A stretch of 63,572 bases of DNA, counting the filler, from Octopus bimaculoides (Eukaryota), in assembly GCF_001194135.2 (NCBI RefSeq). It is 7 parts of 5 records of this genome, joined end to end, with 100 filler letters (N's around TTAATTAATTAA, not from the genome) between each part and the next. Parts side by side here need not be neighbours in the genome. Positions count along the whole stretch, not along the records: positions 1 to 29,979 come from NC_068981.1; positions 30,080 to 38,278 come from NC_068981.1; positions 38,379 to 48,456 come from NC_069001.1; 4 more parts are not named here. One strand, 5' to 3'. The notes below the pieces were generated by a model. The model saw only the letters and a program-made list of their open reading frames with translations, was not told the DNA's origin and ran no database searches. Positions 28,075 to 40,952 of the stretch are shown piece after piece (within the stretch, counting starts at the first letter, position 1; each line of letters begins with the position of its first letter). A program made the position numbers and the translations under genes.

Positions 28075-28890
28075 GATCAATGCCTACCTACAAAGAACTA
28101 CCAGGCCAACATATTAAAGAACGGCAGCTCCCCATTATGTCGTATATGCCAACAACAAAATGAGACCATCGATCNNNNNNNNNNNNNNNNNNNNNNNNNN
28201 NNNNNNNNNNNNNNNNNNNNNNNNNNNNNNNNNNNNNNNNNNNNNNNNNNNNNNNNNNNNNNNNNNNNNNNNNNNNNNNNNNNNNNNNNNNNNNNNNNNN
28301 NNNNNNNNNNNNNNNNNNNNNNNNNNNNNNNNNNNNNNNNNNNNNNNNNNNNNNNNNNNNNNNNNNNNNNNNNNNNNNNNNNNNNNNNNNNNNNNNNNNN
28401 NNNNNNNNNNNNNNNNNNNNNNNNNNNNNNNNNNNNNNNNNNNNNNNNNNNNNNNNNNNNNNNNNNNNNNNNNNNNNNNNNNNNNNNNNNNNNNNNNNNN
28501 NNNNNNNNNNNNNNNNNNNNAAAATGTGGAATCTGAAGACGAAAACAATACCTATTGTCATAGGTGCCCTGGGAATGACAGCGATACGGGCTGATTACTA
28601 CCTAGCTCAGATACCAGGAAACCCCAAAATGGCTGAAGTTCAAAAGATAGTGCTCATGGGAACTGCCCATATCCTACGTAAAATACTGTCTATGTGATCT
28701 CAAATTTTAAAGCAAACACATGATTTTCTTATGGTTTCTTAAACATTCACTTGAACAAAACTGTACAAATCCAAATATATGGTACCCTAGGCATAACACC
28801 TACATGAACTTCTAACGTGTTGTCTCTTGAGGTCTCTGGGTGAGACTTGGATCCAACTTGTACAAATACAAAACAAAAGTCAAACATAAA
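28074..28890 (+). mobile_element. 5'-truncated RLE-type (R4/Dong/HERO-like) LINE, gap-interrupted (copy 2)
   Basis: DQCLPTKNYQANILKNGSSPLCRICQQQNETID (CCHC knuckle) and KMWNLKTKTIPIVIGALG...VQKIVLMGTAHILRKILSM*; flanked by (TAA)n on both sides. Confidence 0.85.
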
Positions 28891-28924
28891 ATAATAATAA
28901 AATAATAATAGTAATAATAATAAT

Positions 28925-29525
28925 GTGACCCACTTGGTAAATGGATGAGAGGACCTTGCACAAAAAGTATACAAGCGCCGCCACGATAAAGTGTGTGTGT
29001 ATCTTCATTGGCTCTTATGCCGTAAATCCCAATATGAAGTAACAGAGAACTGGTATGAGTATGTGCCAAGTAAAGTTATGCAGGAGGATGGAAAAGTAAT
29101 GATACTCTGTGTCTATGATTTTCAGATGGATCATGTAATCGAACACTGTCGGCCGGATATTATCATATTGAATAAGAGAGACAAATATTGTCAGATCATT
29201 GATGTAGCCATACCAAATGACATGAATGTCGTGAGTAAAGAGGTTGAAAACATCACTAAGTACTCCGAACTGAAAGTGGAAATGGCAAGATTGTAAGGAA
29301 CGCGGTACCAGTGGTGATCGGAGCGTTGGGCTCAATCCCATTGAAACTTCAAGACTTCTTAAGGCAACAGGAAATCCCATGCAAGATTGATGTCTTGCAA
29401 AAAGCAGCCTTATTGGGCACAGCGCACATCTTAAGGAAAGTATTATTTGTCTGAGGTCCTTGTTGTGACTTGACAGATGACTAAAGACACCGGTGCACTT
29501 TTACCTACACTGTGTTATGATGGAA
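28925..29525 (+). mobile_element. 5'-truncated RLE-type LINE, second subfamily
   Basis: VTHLVNG*EDLAQKVYKRRHDKV...HCRPDIII...IIDVAIPND..K...KYSEL...VPVVIGALG...LQKAALLGTAHILRKVL: PD-(D/E)xK restriction-like endonuclease with RHD motif. Confidence 0.9.
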
Positions 29526-29558
29526 TAATGATAATAATAATAATAATAATAATAATAA

Positions 29559-29770
29559 ACGGGAGCGATGCAGAAGTAGATACAGAGAATGCTGACGAGA
29601 CTGCACTTAATGAGAGTAACCCGGAGAAGTATAATGTCTCAAGCCCTGAGTATAGAGAAGGACTAAATAATGAACACAAAGGAATGATCGAAGACATTAC
29701 TAGTATCACTGAAGAAATCCTCGATAGGGAAAGAAATCGATTGAGAAGAGTAGATAGAAATTTGCTCCGC
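29559..29770 (+). mobile_element. Possible N-terminal fragment of an RLE-type LINE
   Basis: Open acidic frame ending EEILDRERNRLRRVDRNLL, starting directly after a (TAA)n array. The assignment rests on context only. Confidence 0.35.
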
Positions 29771-29979
29771 GGACTCGCAATCATTCCCTGGTATTAATGT
29801 GGGCGGTCCCACTCGCGACACGTCATATAGCTACACGCGCACGCTGTCCTTCCGGTGTTTTGTCCTGCGAAACCAAAGCCGAGTCTAAGGCGCACAGGCG
29901 AGTCGAAGCCGGTACCGTTTTTTACCGTGGCCGGTGCCATCGCGCCTTGAGAGGAATGCCATCGCCTATTTGCAAGCCC

Positions 29980-30079
29980 NNNNNNNNNNNNNNNNNNNNN
30001 NNNNNNNNNNNNNNNNNNNNNNNTTAATTAATTAANNNNNNNNNNNNNNNNNNNNNNNNNNNNNNNNNNNNNNNNNNNN
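29980..30079. other. Artificial scaffold-joining spacer (44N-TTAATTAATTAA-44N); also at 38279-38378, 48457-48556, 53506-53605, 58622-58721 and 61145-61244
   Basis: Identical 100-nt layout six times; TTAATTAATTAA gives stops in all six frames. Confidence 0.95.
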
Positions 30080-30359
30080 GTGTGTGTGTGTGTGTGTGCG
30101 TGCGTGTATGTTCATATCTATCTATCTATATATGTATGTATGTACGTACACGCAGAAACAAGCACAGAAAATGCACTTCCGTCAGAAGCTTGGGACATGC
30201 TTGGGCACCGCCAGTGTTACATCCTTTTCAATGGCCATTCTTATGCGACTGGTGTTTGGTGAATGCGAAAGTTCGACATTGCGTTTTGCGTTTGTTTGCC
30301 TTAATATAAGTTCATCTGGGACCTTAGAAGCTTGAGTTCTTGTTCTTGAAAACATCTAC

Positions 30360-30830
30360 CCCTACTCTATGTAGATCCTTCAGTTATTTTGGCTAGGTAA
30401 GAAATAGCCGTGAGCCCTTGGGTTCCAAGTTATGGCCCTCACTTTAGTTGTTATATTTGAGCTCTTTGGAAAAGTGAATCTACGTCCTGTTCGGGGACTG
30501 GTATCACTGTATATCTCTCACATCTTCGTTCCAGAGTGTAGAGTGGTAGCTGTTTCAGCCTCTCCCAGGAGCTCAGCTGTTTAATTGATGCAATCTTCCC
30601 GGTGCTGCACCGCTGAACTGCATCAAGTTCCGCTATTAATTTGACACTGTGGGTGACCATTTTTGAAAGCAGTAGTCCAGAAGGCTGAGAACGAATGTCG
30701 TATATAGAACCAGCATGGTTTCCTAATCCGTTGTTCTGAAAGAAACTTAGAATTCGTAAGGGCCATTCGCCTGACATTCAGGTGGAACAAGGTGCTGTTG
30801 CTTATATCAATCCCCATATCATCCATTTGA
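30360..30830 (-). mobile_element. CR1-clade LINE 3' RT fragment
   Basis: ELDAVQRCSTGKIASIKQLSSWERLKQLPLYTLERRCERY matches the CR1 C-terminal motif LE.VQRRAT..I......SY.ERL..L.L..LERRR. Confidence 0.8.
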
Positions 30831-30996
30831 CACTAGGATTGCTGTCGCTTTAGGTCCAAAATATCGTTGTTGTGACATATTTGTGTGAAGACAAGTTAAC
30901 GTGTTTGTGAAAAGTATGACTTTGTAGACGGGAAAGTTGTGTTAGAGATAAAAAAATGAAGGCATCAGCTCTTTCAACAGCTTGTGGAATAAGACT

Positions 30997-31160
30997 TTCT
31001 TCTTCTTCTTCTTCTTCTTCTTCTTCTTCTTCTTCTTCTTCTTCTTCTTCTTCTTCTTCTTTTTATTCTTCTTTTTCTTCTTTTTCTTTTTCTTCTTTTT
31101 CTTCTTCTTCTCATCCTCTTCCTCCTCCTTCTTTTTCTCCACTTCCTCCTCCTCCTTCTT

Positions 31161-31246
<86 letters not shown>

Positions 31247-31270
31247 CCTTATTATTATTATTATTTACCA
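30997..31270. repeat. (TTC)n/(TCC)n followed by (TTA)n
   Basis: Direct inspection. Confidence 0.95.
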
Positions 31271-31445
31271 CTATCATCACTATGACCGTCTATAATATAC
31301 ATCACTAACTTTTCACATATACCATTTTATAATGTTTTATACACATATGTAATGTTTTACGGAATTAGAAATTAGGAATAAGAGTTATATACCTACAAGC
31401 ATACATACATACATAGATACATACATACATACATACATGCATACA

Positions 31446-31478
<33 letters not shown>

Positions 31479-31632
31479 TCACACCTACCTACGTAGATTT
31501 TTTGCCTATCTATGTGTATTTATATACATGTGGCTACAAGCGTCATATGTTGATGTAATTACTGGGTATGCACTCATGTATACGCATAAACAATTTTCTT
31601 AATTACATCTACATGTTTGTGTGTATATATAC

Positions 31633-31706
<74 letters not shown>

Positions 31707-31797
31707 ATATATATATATATATGCATGCCCGTGTACATGTATATAATATATATATAAATGCATATATATACACCCATATATATATACATATATATAC

Positions 31798-31902
<105 letters not shown>

Positions 31903-34612
31903 GTGTGTTTATGTATACACCAAATAATTATGGTCAGAAGAAGTCGACAGATTATAAAGAGAATACCAAAAACCTCATTGCTAAGAATAGTATGTATATT
32001 CTCCTCTCAACATTCTAGCATGCGTGGGATCTAAAAACGTGATTTTGTCATTAAATTAATGCTTAGCAAATGTTGTAATCTTAAATCTTCAGTTTTATTT
32101 TAATGGTACATTTGCTAAGCTAAACGAGGATTATGTACAAAATTGTAATAAGAATGCTACGTACTGCCCTTTTTCTGGTAGGCTGTATTCTTTACCACTG
32201 AGATATGAGACCACTTTGCTCGGTTATATGAAATAAAAGGCTTTTAGATTTCTCTATGACGAAGATTTCTATCACAAGTATGGTACCCAGATTAATGTTT
32301 CTTCACAGTGAATCCGACTGGTATATTTTAAGTAAAAATATGATGCATACAGGCTATTCGTAGAATTGTCCAAGACCGTTACAAATCGGATTGCAGTAAG
32401 TTCTATTTCAAACACATACGTCATTGATAACTTTAACCGCTTTTCTTTCGTATTTTGAAGCAGTTTTAAATATTCATAATTTCTCAAATATCACTACATC
32501 TAAGTGTTCAGTTTGTTAATGTATATTATACTATGACAATATTATCTACATCTACAGGTGGCTCAAGCAGAAATATAAACCTGTCTGATGATGTCTGCTT
32601 TCTTGACTGAAAAAGGATAACGATTACTTTTCATTGATTACTGGTTTTGAGTGGAATTTTTCCGGTATATAGTTATTTCTGTTTATCATTGTAAACGCTA
32701 GACATTTAAACATTAAAACTAACTTATCTACTATCTCGGTTTCCAGTAAAGACAGTTTCAACTTCCCCTTGAGCAAAACTTGTATGCATCATTGCAGATA
32801 AAGAAAGAAAACCACTGCTTTATTTTTCTTAGAAGGTCACGTACGCCTAAGGATGTCTTGAAGGTAATTAGTTATTGATATTAAGAACACCTATGGGTCA
32901 GTTATCGATTGTAGCAATACCAAAGATAGTTTTAAAAATTTCGGCGCTGACATCAATTCGTTAAATTTCTAACATCAGGTTAGAGATATTACTAATAGCA
33001 ATTATAAAAATAGAAGAGGGATGTACTAAGTAATGAGCAGATTTAATTTCGCTTAAAATAGTGTTTGTTGTTACTCATGACAAATGTATATGTAATTTCA
33101 TTTTACAAATCATGCTTAATCAAACTTTAAAATTACGATTTAAGAGTATATCATAAGCGAAAAGATTAGTGTATATGCATTTCTGTGTATATGTGTACTG
33201 ATACTTGTGTACATTGTGGAATGTAATGAAGAGAAAATTCTGTACATCTGGTAACAAAAAGTGTTGCTTGATTGCATAAGTTTTTCTAATAACAATGCTG
33301 TTTCATTGAATTCCTCTTCAGTGTACGTCTTCGCATGGATGCTGTCAGAAAAAAAAAATTAGAAGCACATATCGAGGACAATGTATCGAGGATACAGTAT
33401 TAAATATGATCACTGAACGAGAAAGACACACGAAAATGCATGTGTATTGATATATATCTGTATGCATGCGCATGCGAGTGCGTGTACGTATATAGATGTA
33501 AATATATATATATATATATATACATATACTGATTAATGTATATGTCTATGTATATATATTATATGTATTTATAAATGTCCATATATGTGTGTTGTTTATG
33601 CGTATGTATGAATGTATGCATATATGTATGTATGTATGTATGTATGTATATATGCATATAAGTATATATTTATTCTTTTATTCTTTTATGTGTTTCAGTT
33701 AGGTGGTTGTGGTCATGCTGGAGCACCTCCATGAAAAACAACTCGTCCCTGTATGTATATGTATATATGTATGTATATAATTGATGCATTCGGAAGCGTA
33801 TTTTCAGACATAAGAGTAGAATATAAAGTATACCTGGTGGAACCAGTACAAGTTACTAACCGCCAAAGTAATATGTAATGGAATATGTTAGACAAACGCA
33901 AACAGGTGTCTTTTTCATTTTCAAAAACAAAAAAAAAAAAACTTTCTATGAATAGAAAAAGGAAGAATCCCAACTGTGATCGAAACCGGTCAGGCCAATC
34001 TCCTTTTCCTGTCGAAGAGAACAGAGAAAAGTACCTGGTTATGTGTGTGTGTGTGTGTGCGTATGTGTGTGTGCGTTTGTGTGTGTGTGGGTGTGTAAGT
34101 GGGTACAACGTTATTTAGTTTCAGAGATGTAGAGCACAGCCACTAAGTTTGGTGTACGACATTCAGTAAGGAGAATGCTTCCGACACCGTACATCTATCT
34201 GACGGTGTGGACGTCTACGAATCTTTACGTTTTACGGAGTGGGATCAACCGGTTATCAAATGTTTACAATTTCAACTAAACGCATTCGCTCCACCTTCTT
34301 CCTGTCATATGTATATGTGGGTGTGTGGTTGCATGTGTGTGCGTGTGAGTGCGTATCTGAGTNNNNNNNNNNNNNNNNNNNNNNNNNNNNNNNNNNNNNN
34401 NNNNNNNNNNNNNNNNNNNNNNNNNNNNNNNNNNNNNNNNNNNNNNNNNNNNNNNNNNNNNNNNNNNNNNNNNNNNNNNNNNNNNNNNNNNNNNNNNNNN
34501 NNNNNNNNNNNNNNNNNNNNNNNNTATATATCACGCCTTCACACACTCACGCACGCTTATACGCAAATATATACTTCTACACACATTTGCACACAAGTAC
34601 ATACTCACACAT

Positions 34613-34644
<32 letters not shown>

Positions 34645-35479
34645 ACACACGCACACACACGCACACACGTACACACGTACACACGTACACATGCACACAC
34701 ATGCGCATACACACGCACGTACATATATCTCCACACACACACACATTCCCACTCAGTCATACGCACACATGCAAACACATATACATATTCACCTACACGC
34801 TCACACTCTTCTCACCTCCTTCCACTGAATCAAACTCCCGCTACTAACCTGCCCGTTGACTCACACCTTCAAACGCACATCACTCACACAAACACAAACA
34901 TCCACGCACAGATACTACCACAAACAGACACACACACACTGACCATCTTCTCACTCTCCTGTACAAAAAAAAAAAAAANNNNNNNNNNNNNNNNNNNNNN
35001 NNNNNNNNNNNNNNNNNNNNNNNNNNNNNNNNNNNNNNNNNNNNNNNNNNNNNNNNNNNNNNNNNNNNNNNNNNNNNNNNNNNNNNNNNNNNNNNNNNNN
35101 NNNNNNNNNNNNNNNNNNNNNNNNNNNNNNNNNNNNNNNNNNNNNNNNNNNNNNNNNNNNNNNNNNNNNNNNNNNNNNNNNNNNNNNNNNNNNNNNNNNN
35201 NNNNNNNNNNNNNNNNNNNNNNNNNNNNNNNNNNNNNNNNNNNNNNNNNNNNNNNNNNNNNNNNNNNNNNNNNNNNNNNNNNNNNNNNNNNNNNNNNNNN
35301 NNNNNNNNNNNNNNNNNNNNNNNNNNNNNNNNNNNNNNNNNNNNNNNNNNNNNNNNNNNNNNNNNNNNNNNNNNNNNNNNNNNNNNNNATATATATATAT
35401 ATATATATATACGTATATTCTTTTATTCTTTTACTGGCGGGTTTAAGTCAGAGGCTGAGGCCATGCTGAAGCACCGTTT

Positions 35480-36335
35480 TTCAGTGTTTTGGTGTCTCCT
35501 TTCGGTATTGTTTTTGATTAAGAAGCGAGTTGGACACGAAGCTGCTCTTCTTTGTGCCTCCTGCCGGGATGTGGGCTCATCTGGGATTCAGATTTGTCCA
35601 GGTGCTTTTGAATGTTTCCACATCTAGACCTTGCAGATCTCTTAGGTTCCTTGGCAAGTTTTTAAACAGTTGTGGCCCCCTGAAACCAAAGCTAGTGCAA
35701 TATTGGGTCCTTATCTGAGATGAAGACGATGTTATCTTTGATATTATGCAGTGCTGTCTAGTTCGGTGGTTGGTACAGCTTTTAATTCTTTATCTTTATA
35801 AATCCACTATTCGCTCCTGGATTGAGTACTCTTTTCACATGTGGGCAGATGCTGCTGTGGATTTTTCTAACTCTATTGAGCCGGATTCAGCGCCATATTT
35901 GTAATGCTACTAGTCCTGATCTATTTTCTAAATTGGATTCACTCTCTCATCGTTGTCGTGTGACTTCCTTGTCTCTTTTCTATAAGTATTTTCATGGACA
36001 TCGTTCAACTGAGCTCCCTTCTCTGGTTCCTCCTTTAAGAACTTATCAGCGATCAACTAGACTTACATCCAGTTCTCATCAAAATACTGTGCAAACTCCT
36101 AATTGTCGTTAAGCATTTTACAGGATCAGTTTTATTCCTAGCACATCGGAACGTTGGAATTCCTTCCACAGTCTTGTTTTCCGCTTCAATATGACCTCCA
36201 GTCCTTTAAGTCTAATGTACATCGTCACTTATTGATTTCTGTCTAGCGTCCACTTTATTCTAGTAGCTCTTACGTGTTCAGTGGTCTAAGGACCTCATAA
36301 GGAGCGAATGCTTTTTTTTTAAATAAAAAAAAAGG
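35480..36335 (+). mobile_element. CR1/L2/Jockey-group LINE 3' fragment with A-rich tail
   Basis: YKSTIRSWIEY..HMW and RIQRHICNATSPDLFSKLDSLSHRCRVTSLSLFYKYFHG; ends aaataaaaaaaaa. Confidence 0.8.
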
Positions 36336-36650
36336 AACGTGATCAGTCTCCATCTGACAATGCATTCCATGACCTTGCTAACATCTAAAGTCAGAGAGAT
36401 AGGCCTGTAATTTTTAGCATCTTCTCTGCATCTCCATTTATGGACAGGGCATATGATACCCCCTTTTAACAGTTTGAGAAGTTTTCCACGTGAAAGGAAA
36501 CTCTGAAAAGGTAGTGGTTTTGTGAGAGCTTTCTGGCATGTTTTTAGAAGAACAGATGGAAACTCAACCGTTGCTAAGTTTGAGTTCACCTCATCAGTGG
36601 TCGATATTACCTCTTCCTCTCTTATGTCGGTGTAATCATCACCCAATATA
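36336..36650 (-). mobile_element. CR1-clade RT N-terminal fragment
   Basis: ICPVHKWRCREDAKNYRPISLTLDVSKVMECIV (NYRPISLT motif). Confidence 0.85.
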
Positions 36651-37259
36651 TAATTCGCTTCTTATAGTAACATTCAGGTAGTTAACTGAACTTCGATTTT
36701 TGCAACGTATGCCCAATATTTATATATACGTATATTTTCTTATTCTGTTTTAATATATTTTACATATTTTTAAACATAATCTAATCTATTTAATAATTTT
36801 ATGTTCTTTATTTCTGCTATATGTTCATACTTTACTAACATTAATTCAATTAACACTATTATATAAATATTTTAACTTTTGTAGGATTTTTCATAAACTA
36901 AATTCAAATTAATAGTATCGTCTTGATTATTTCTATTACATTCTCTGCTCTTGTGACTTTTCCCATTCTGTCTTTAGTCTTTCAATATTCCATCTGACCT
37001 ACAGTAGACTTAACATATTTTACATCTATATGACACCTAAACTATATATAAATTTTATAAACTGTAAGCATATGCCTCAGATCATCACAAATCTCAAAAT
37101 ATATTAATAGGTTTCAATTACATAACAAGCGATTAAATATTCTTTGCACATTCCTAAATTTAGAAATTATTGACGATTTAATTTTTGATATTATCTAGCA
37201 CTGTTACTGCCAGCCTAAATTTTCTCATCATATTTAAGCCTGTATCCAATGTATATGAG

Positions 37260-37838
37260 GGATCTAGTTTAAAACGGGGGCACCAGTATTTTCTTAACGA
37301 AACACTTTGAAACTTGGGACACTGGTAGAATGTGTCATATAAAACATCTTTTACTCTTAGTCTTTTTAACAAAAAAACGTACATCGCAAGTTATTCCATG
37401 TTAAAGTTGTCGTATTTCTGTAATTTGAACCAATCACTGACGTCTATTCAGCTGAATAGAGTTACTGCTGGGCGGTCATAAAAATGTTATTCCCTGTGAC
37501 ATATTTCAACCGGTNNNNNNNNNNTTAGAGTTAGTTTTAGGGTTAGGGTTAGGGTTAGGGCTAGGGTTAACAGTCTAGTTAGGGTTAGGGTTAGGGTTAG
37601 GGGATTAATACAATATACACCGTTACAGCGCTAACTGTTTTCAACTGAATAGACGTCAGTGATTAGTAGAAATTATCGAAATAAGACAATTTTTTACATG
37701 AAATAAATTCGAATACAAAAATTTTTTCTGTTCTATAACACAAAATAGGTAAGTATACGAAGTTTGAAAGTCTTTCGGTACCAAAAACACTACATAAAAC
37801 ATTAATGAAAACTGGTGCCCCCGTTTTAAACTAGATCC
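37260..37838. mobile_element. Fold-back MITE with internal (TTAGGG)n
   Basis: Perfect 28-bp TIR GGATCTAGTTTAAAACGGGGGCACCAGT; inner inverted repeat 37432-37456/37640-37664 (24/25); perfect 8-bp TSD TATATGAG. Confidence 0.9.
37537..37602 (+). repeat. Interstitial telomere-like (TTAGGG)n tract
   Basis: Two runs of four TTAGGG separated by CTAGGG and a 12-nt spacer. Confidence 0.9.
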
Positions 37839-38044
37839 TATATGAGTTCAATCTTCATTGAAATATAGAATTTAACGGTCTTGTTTACAAGAATTGCTCC
37901 ACCCAAATTGAAACTCCCGCTTCCCATTTTCTCGCGCGTTTATGATTCTCTCCAGTATGTCATGCAAATAAATACTGCTCTGGCTCTGACCCTACTACTT
38001 CCGTTCCAACTAAAATGTATGTAAATGCATATACGCACAGATAG

Positions 38045-38075
<31 letters not shown>

Positions 38076-38101
38076 GATACAAACATACATACATACATAC
38101 A

Positions 38102-38132
<31 letters not shown>

Positions 38133-38378
38133 GTGATATATGTGTGCATTGTGTGTGTGTCTGTGTGTGTCTGTGTGTGTCTGTGTGTGTCTGTGTGTGA
38201 GAGAGAGTGGGGTATACGGAGAGCTAGTGAGGATGTGAGTTTTTTCTTTCTTCATCCAAATCAGTTGACAATATATAGNNNNNNNNNNNNNNNNNNNNNN
38301 NNNNNNNNNNNNNNNNNNNNNNTTAATTAATTAANNNNNNNNNNNNNNNNNNNNNNNNNNNNNNNNNNNNNNNNNNNN

Positions 38379-38612
38379 TGTGTGTGTGTGTGTTTGTATG
38401 TCTGTGTTTGTCCCCCCAACATCGCTTGACAACCGATACTGGTGTGTTTACGTCCCCGTAACCTAGCGGTTCGGCAAAAGAGACCGATAGAATATGTACT
38501 AGGCTTACAAAAGAATAAGTCCTGGGATCGATTTACTTGACTAAAAGGCGGTGCTCCAGCATGGCCGCAGTTAAATGACTGAAACAAGTAAAAGAGTAAA
38601 AGAGAGTAAAAT
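38379..38612 (+). mobile_element. SINE family A, 3' half
   Basis: Homology to 24890-25087. Confidence 0.8.
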
Positions 38613-39039
38613 AGTTGTGGCAAACTGCAAAATCCATGGCAACCAGTTGTGTTCTAAAATATGTTGGCAAAACCTAAGACAAATAGTTTATTCACGGCAT
38701 CAAATTTATTCCATTGCCTCGAGTATAAGCTATGATCGCAATGTATGTTTATAATGTTGTCTATACGCATAAATCACTCTGACTTCATTCTCTTTTACTC
38801 TTTAATTGTGTGTGTAAATATTCTGCAGACAACAAGTCACTCGAAGTATCCACGTGCTGTATATTTACGTCAGCCAGCATCTGGCCGTCTGATGAAGTGT
38901 AGAGGACATGTAAACTCCAAGTAGCGGCGTTAAAGAATATAAGCAGAATACATTTGATAATTATTACTCTACAAATGATAATGTTATCTTTTTCTTTCGT
39001 TCATGTTCATGTACGGGCTCAGCTATGCAGGAGCAGGTA

Positions 39040-39488
39040 TGGCTGTGCGGTTAAGAAGGTAGCCCTGCAACTACGTGGTTTCGGTTTCAACCCCACTACA
39101 CATCACCTTGGGCAAAGTATCTTCTTCAATAACCCTGGTCGACCAATGCCGTGTGAGTGAAACTATGGTCCGAGAATGCACGTTCTTATAGATTACAACT
39201 TGTTGTTGACTCCTTGTTCTGCTGTATCTGGTTCTTCCAATAGATTTGTTGAGTTCGAACTCTGGAGAGCGTATGTATATATATATGTTTTATTCCTTTA
39301 CTTGCTTCAGTCATTTTTGATTGTGGCCATACTGGAGCACCGCCTTTTTAGTCGAAGGAATCGACTTCTGGACTTATTATTTGTAAACTTGGTACTTATT
39401 CTATCGGTCTCTTTTGCCGAACCGCTAGTTTACGGGGAAGTAAACACACCAACATCTGTTGTCAAGCAATGGTGTGGGGACAATCACA
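39040..39488. mobile_element. SINE family A: degenerate + head (39040-39270) and - strand 3' half (39285-39488)
   Basis: Homology to 24707-25087 in both orientations. Confidence 0.65.
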
Positions 39489-39498
39489 NNNNNNNNNN

Positions 39499-39550
<52 letters not shown>

Positions 39551-40040
39551 TATATACCCTTTTGATGTAGATGGGCGCATGTATGTATATGATATATATA
39601 CATACACGTACGCGTACGCACAAACACACGCACACCAATATGTTTGCCTGCCGGTCTGCCTGTCTGTCTGTCTGTATGTATTCTTCTTTATTCTTTTATT
39701 CCTTCAATGGTCTCAGTCGTAGGACTGCATCCATGCTGGAGCACTGGCTCTATTTATGTACGAGCGACACAGAATGAAAGAACCAATCACAGGAGTACAC
39801 GTACATGCTTACACATAAAGGTACATGTACATAGACATATACACACAGACACACAAACACACAGACTCAGAGGCACGCACACAGACAAAAGCAACAAGCG
39901 GTGCTGGAGAAGCCGGATTAAGAAACTGACAGAACGAGAAACACCGAGAAATGACGAGAAAGAGGAAAAGGTTAAGGTAAAGCGCACGGGGAGAAGGGAG
40001 AGTGAATAATTAAATAGTGGGGTAAACGAGGATAGTGTGG

Positions 40041-40071
<31 letters not shown>

Positions 40072-40921
40072 NNNNNNNNNNNNNNNNNNNNNNNNNNNNN
40101 NNNNNNNNNNNNNNNNNNNNNNNNNNNNNNNNNNNNNNNNNNNNNNNNNNNNNNNNNNNNNNNNNNNNNNNNNNNNNNNNNNNNNNNNNNNNNNNNNNNN
40201 NNNNNNNNNNNNNNNNNNNNNNNNNNNNNNNNNNNNNNNNNNNNNNNNNNNNNNNNNNNNNNNNNNNNNNNNNNNNNNNNNNNNNNNNNNNNNNNNNNNN
40301 NNNNNNNNNNNNNNNNNNNNNNNNNNNNNNNNNNNNNNNNNNNNNNNNNNNNNNNNNNNNNNNNNNNNNNNNNNNNNNNNNNNNNNNNNNNNNNNNNNNN
40401 NNNNNNNNNNNNNNNNNNNNNNNNNNNNNNNNNNNNNNNNNNNNNNNNNNNNNNNNNNNNNNNNNNNNNNNNNNNNNNNNNNNNNNNNNNNNNNNNNNNN
40501 NNNNNNNNNNNNNNNNNNNNNNNNNNNNNNNNNNNNNNNNNNNNNNNNNNNNNNNNNNNNNNNNNNNNNNNNNNNNNNNNNNNNNNNNNNNNNNNNNNNN
40601 NNNNNNNNNNNNNNNNNNNNNNNNNNNNNNNNNNNNNNNNNNNNNNNNNNNNNNNNNNNNNNNNNNNNNNNNNNNNNNNNNNNNNNNNNNNNNNNNNNNN
40701 NNNNNNNNNNNNNNNNNNNNNNNNNNNNNNNNNNNNNNNNNNNNNNNNNNNNNNNNNNNNNNNNNNNNNNNNNNNNNNNNNNNNNNNNNNNNNNNNNNNN
40801 NNNNNNNNNNNNNNNNNNNNNNNNNNNNNNNNNNNNNNNNNNNNNNNNNNNNNNNNNNNNNNNNNNNNNNNNNNTTTAGGTATATATATATATATATACC
40901 TAAATACATACATACATACAG

Positions 40922-40952
<31 letters not shown>

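Noticed and set aside
33285-33325. CTGAAGA...GAAAC on the minus strand
   Set aside because: Stem II and stem I do not pair.
34127-34170. 41-nt ag...gtaagg-bounded segment
   Set aside because: Isolated, no compatible neighbouring exons; such site pairs arise by chance in 60 kb.
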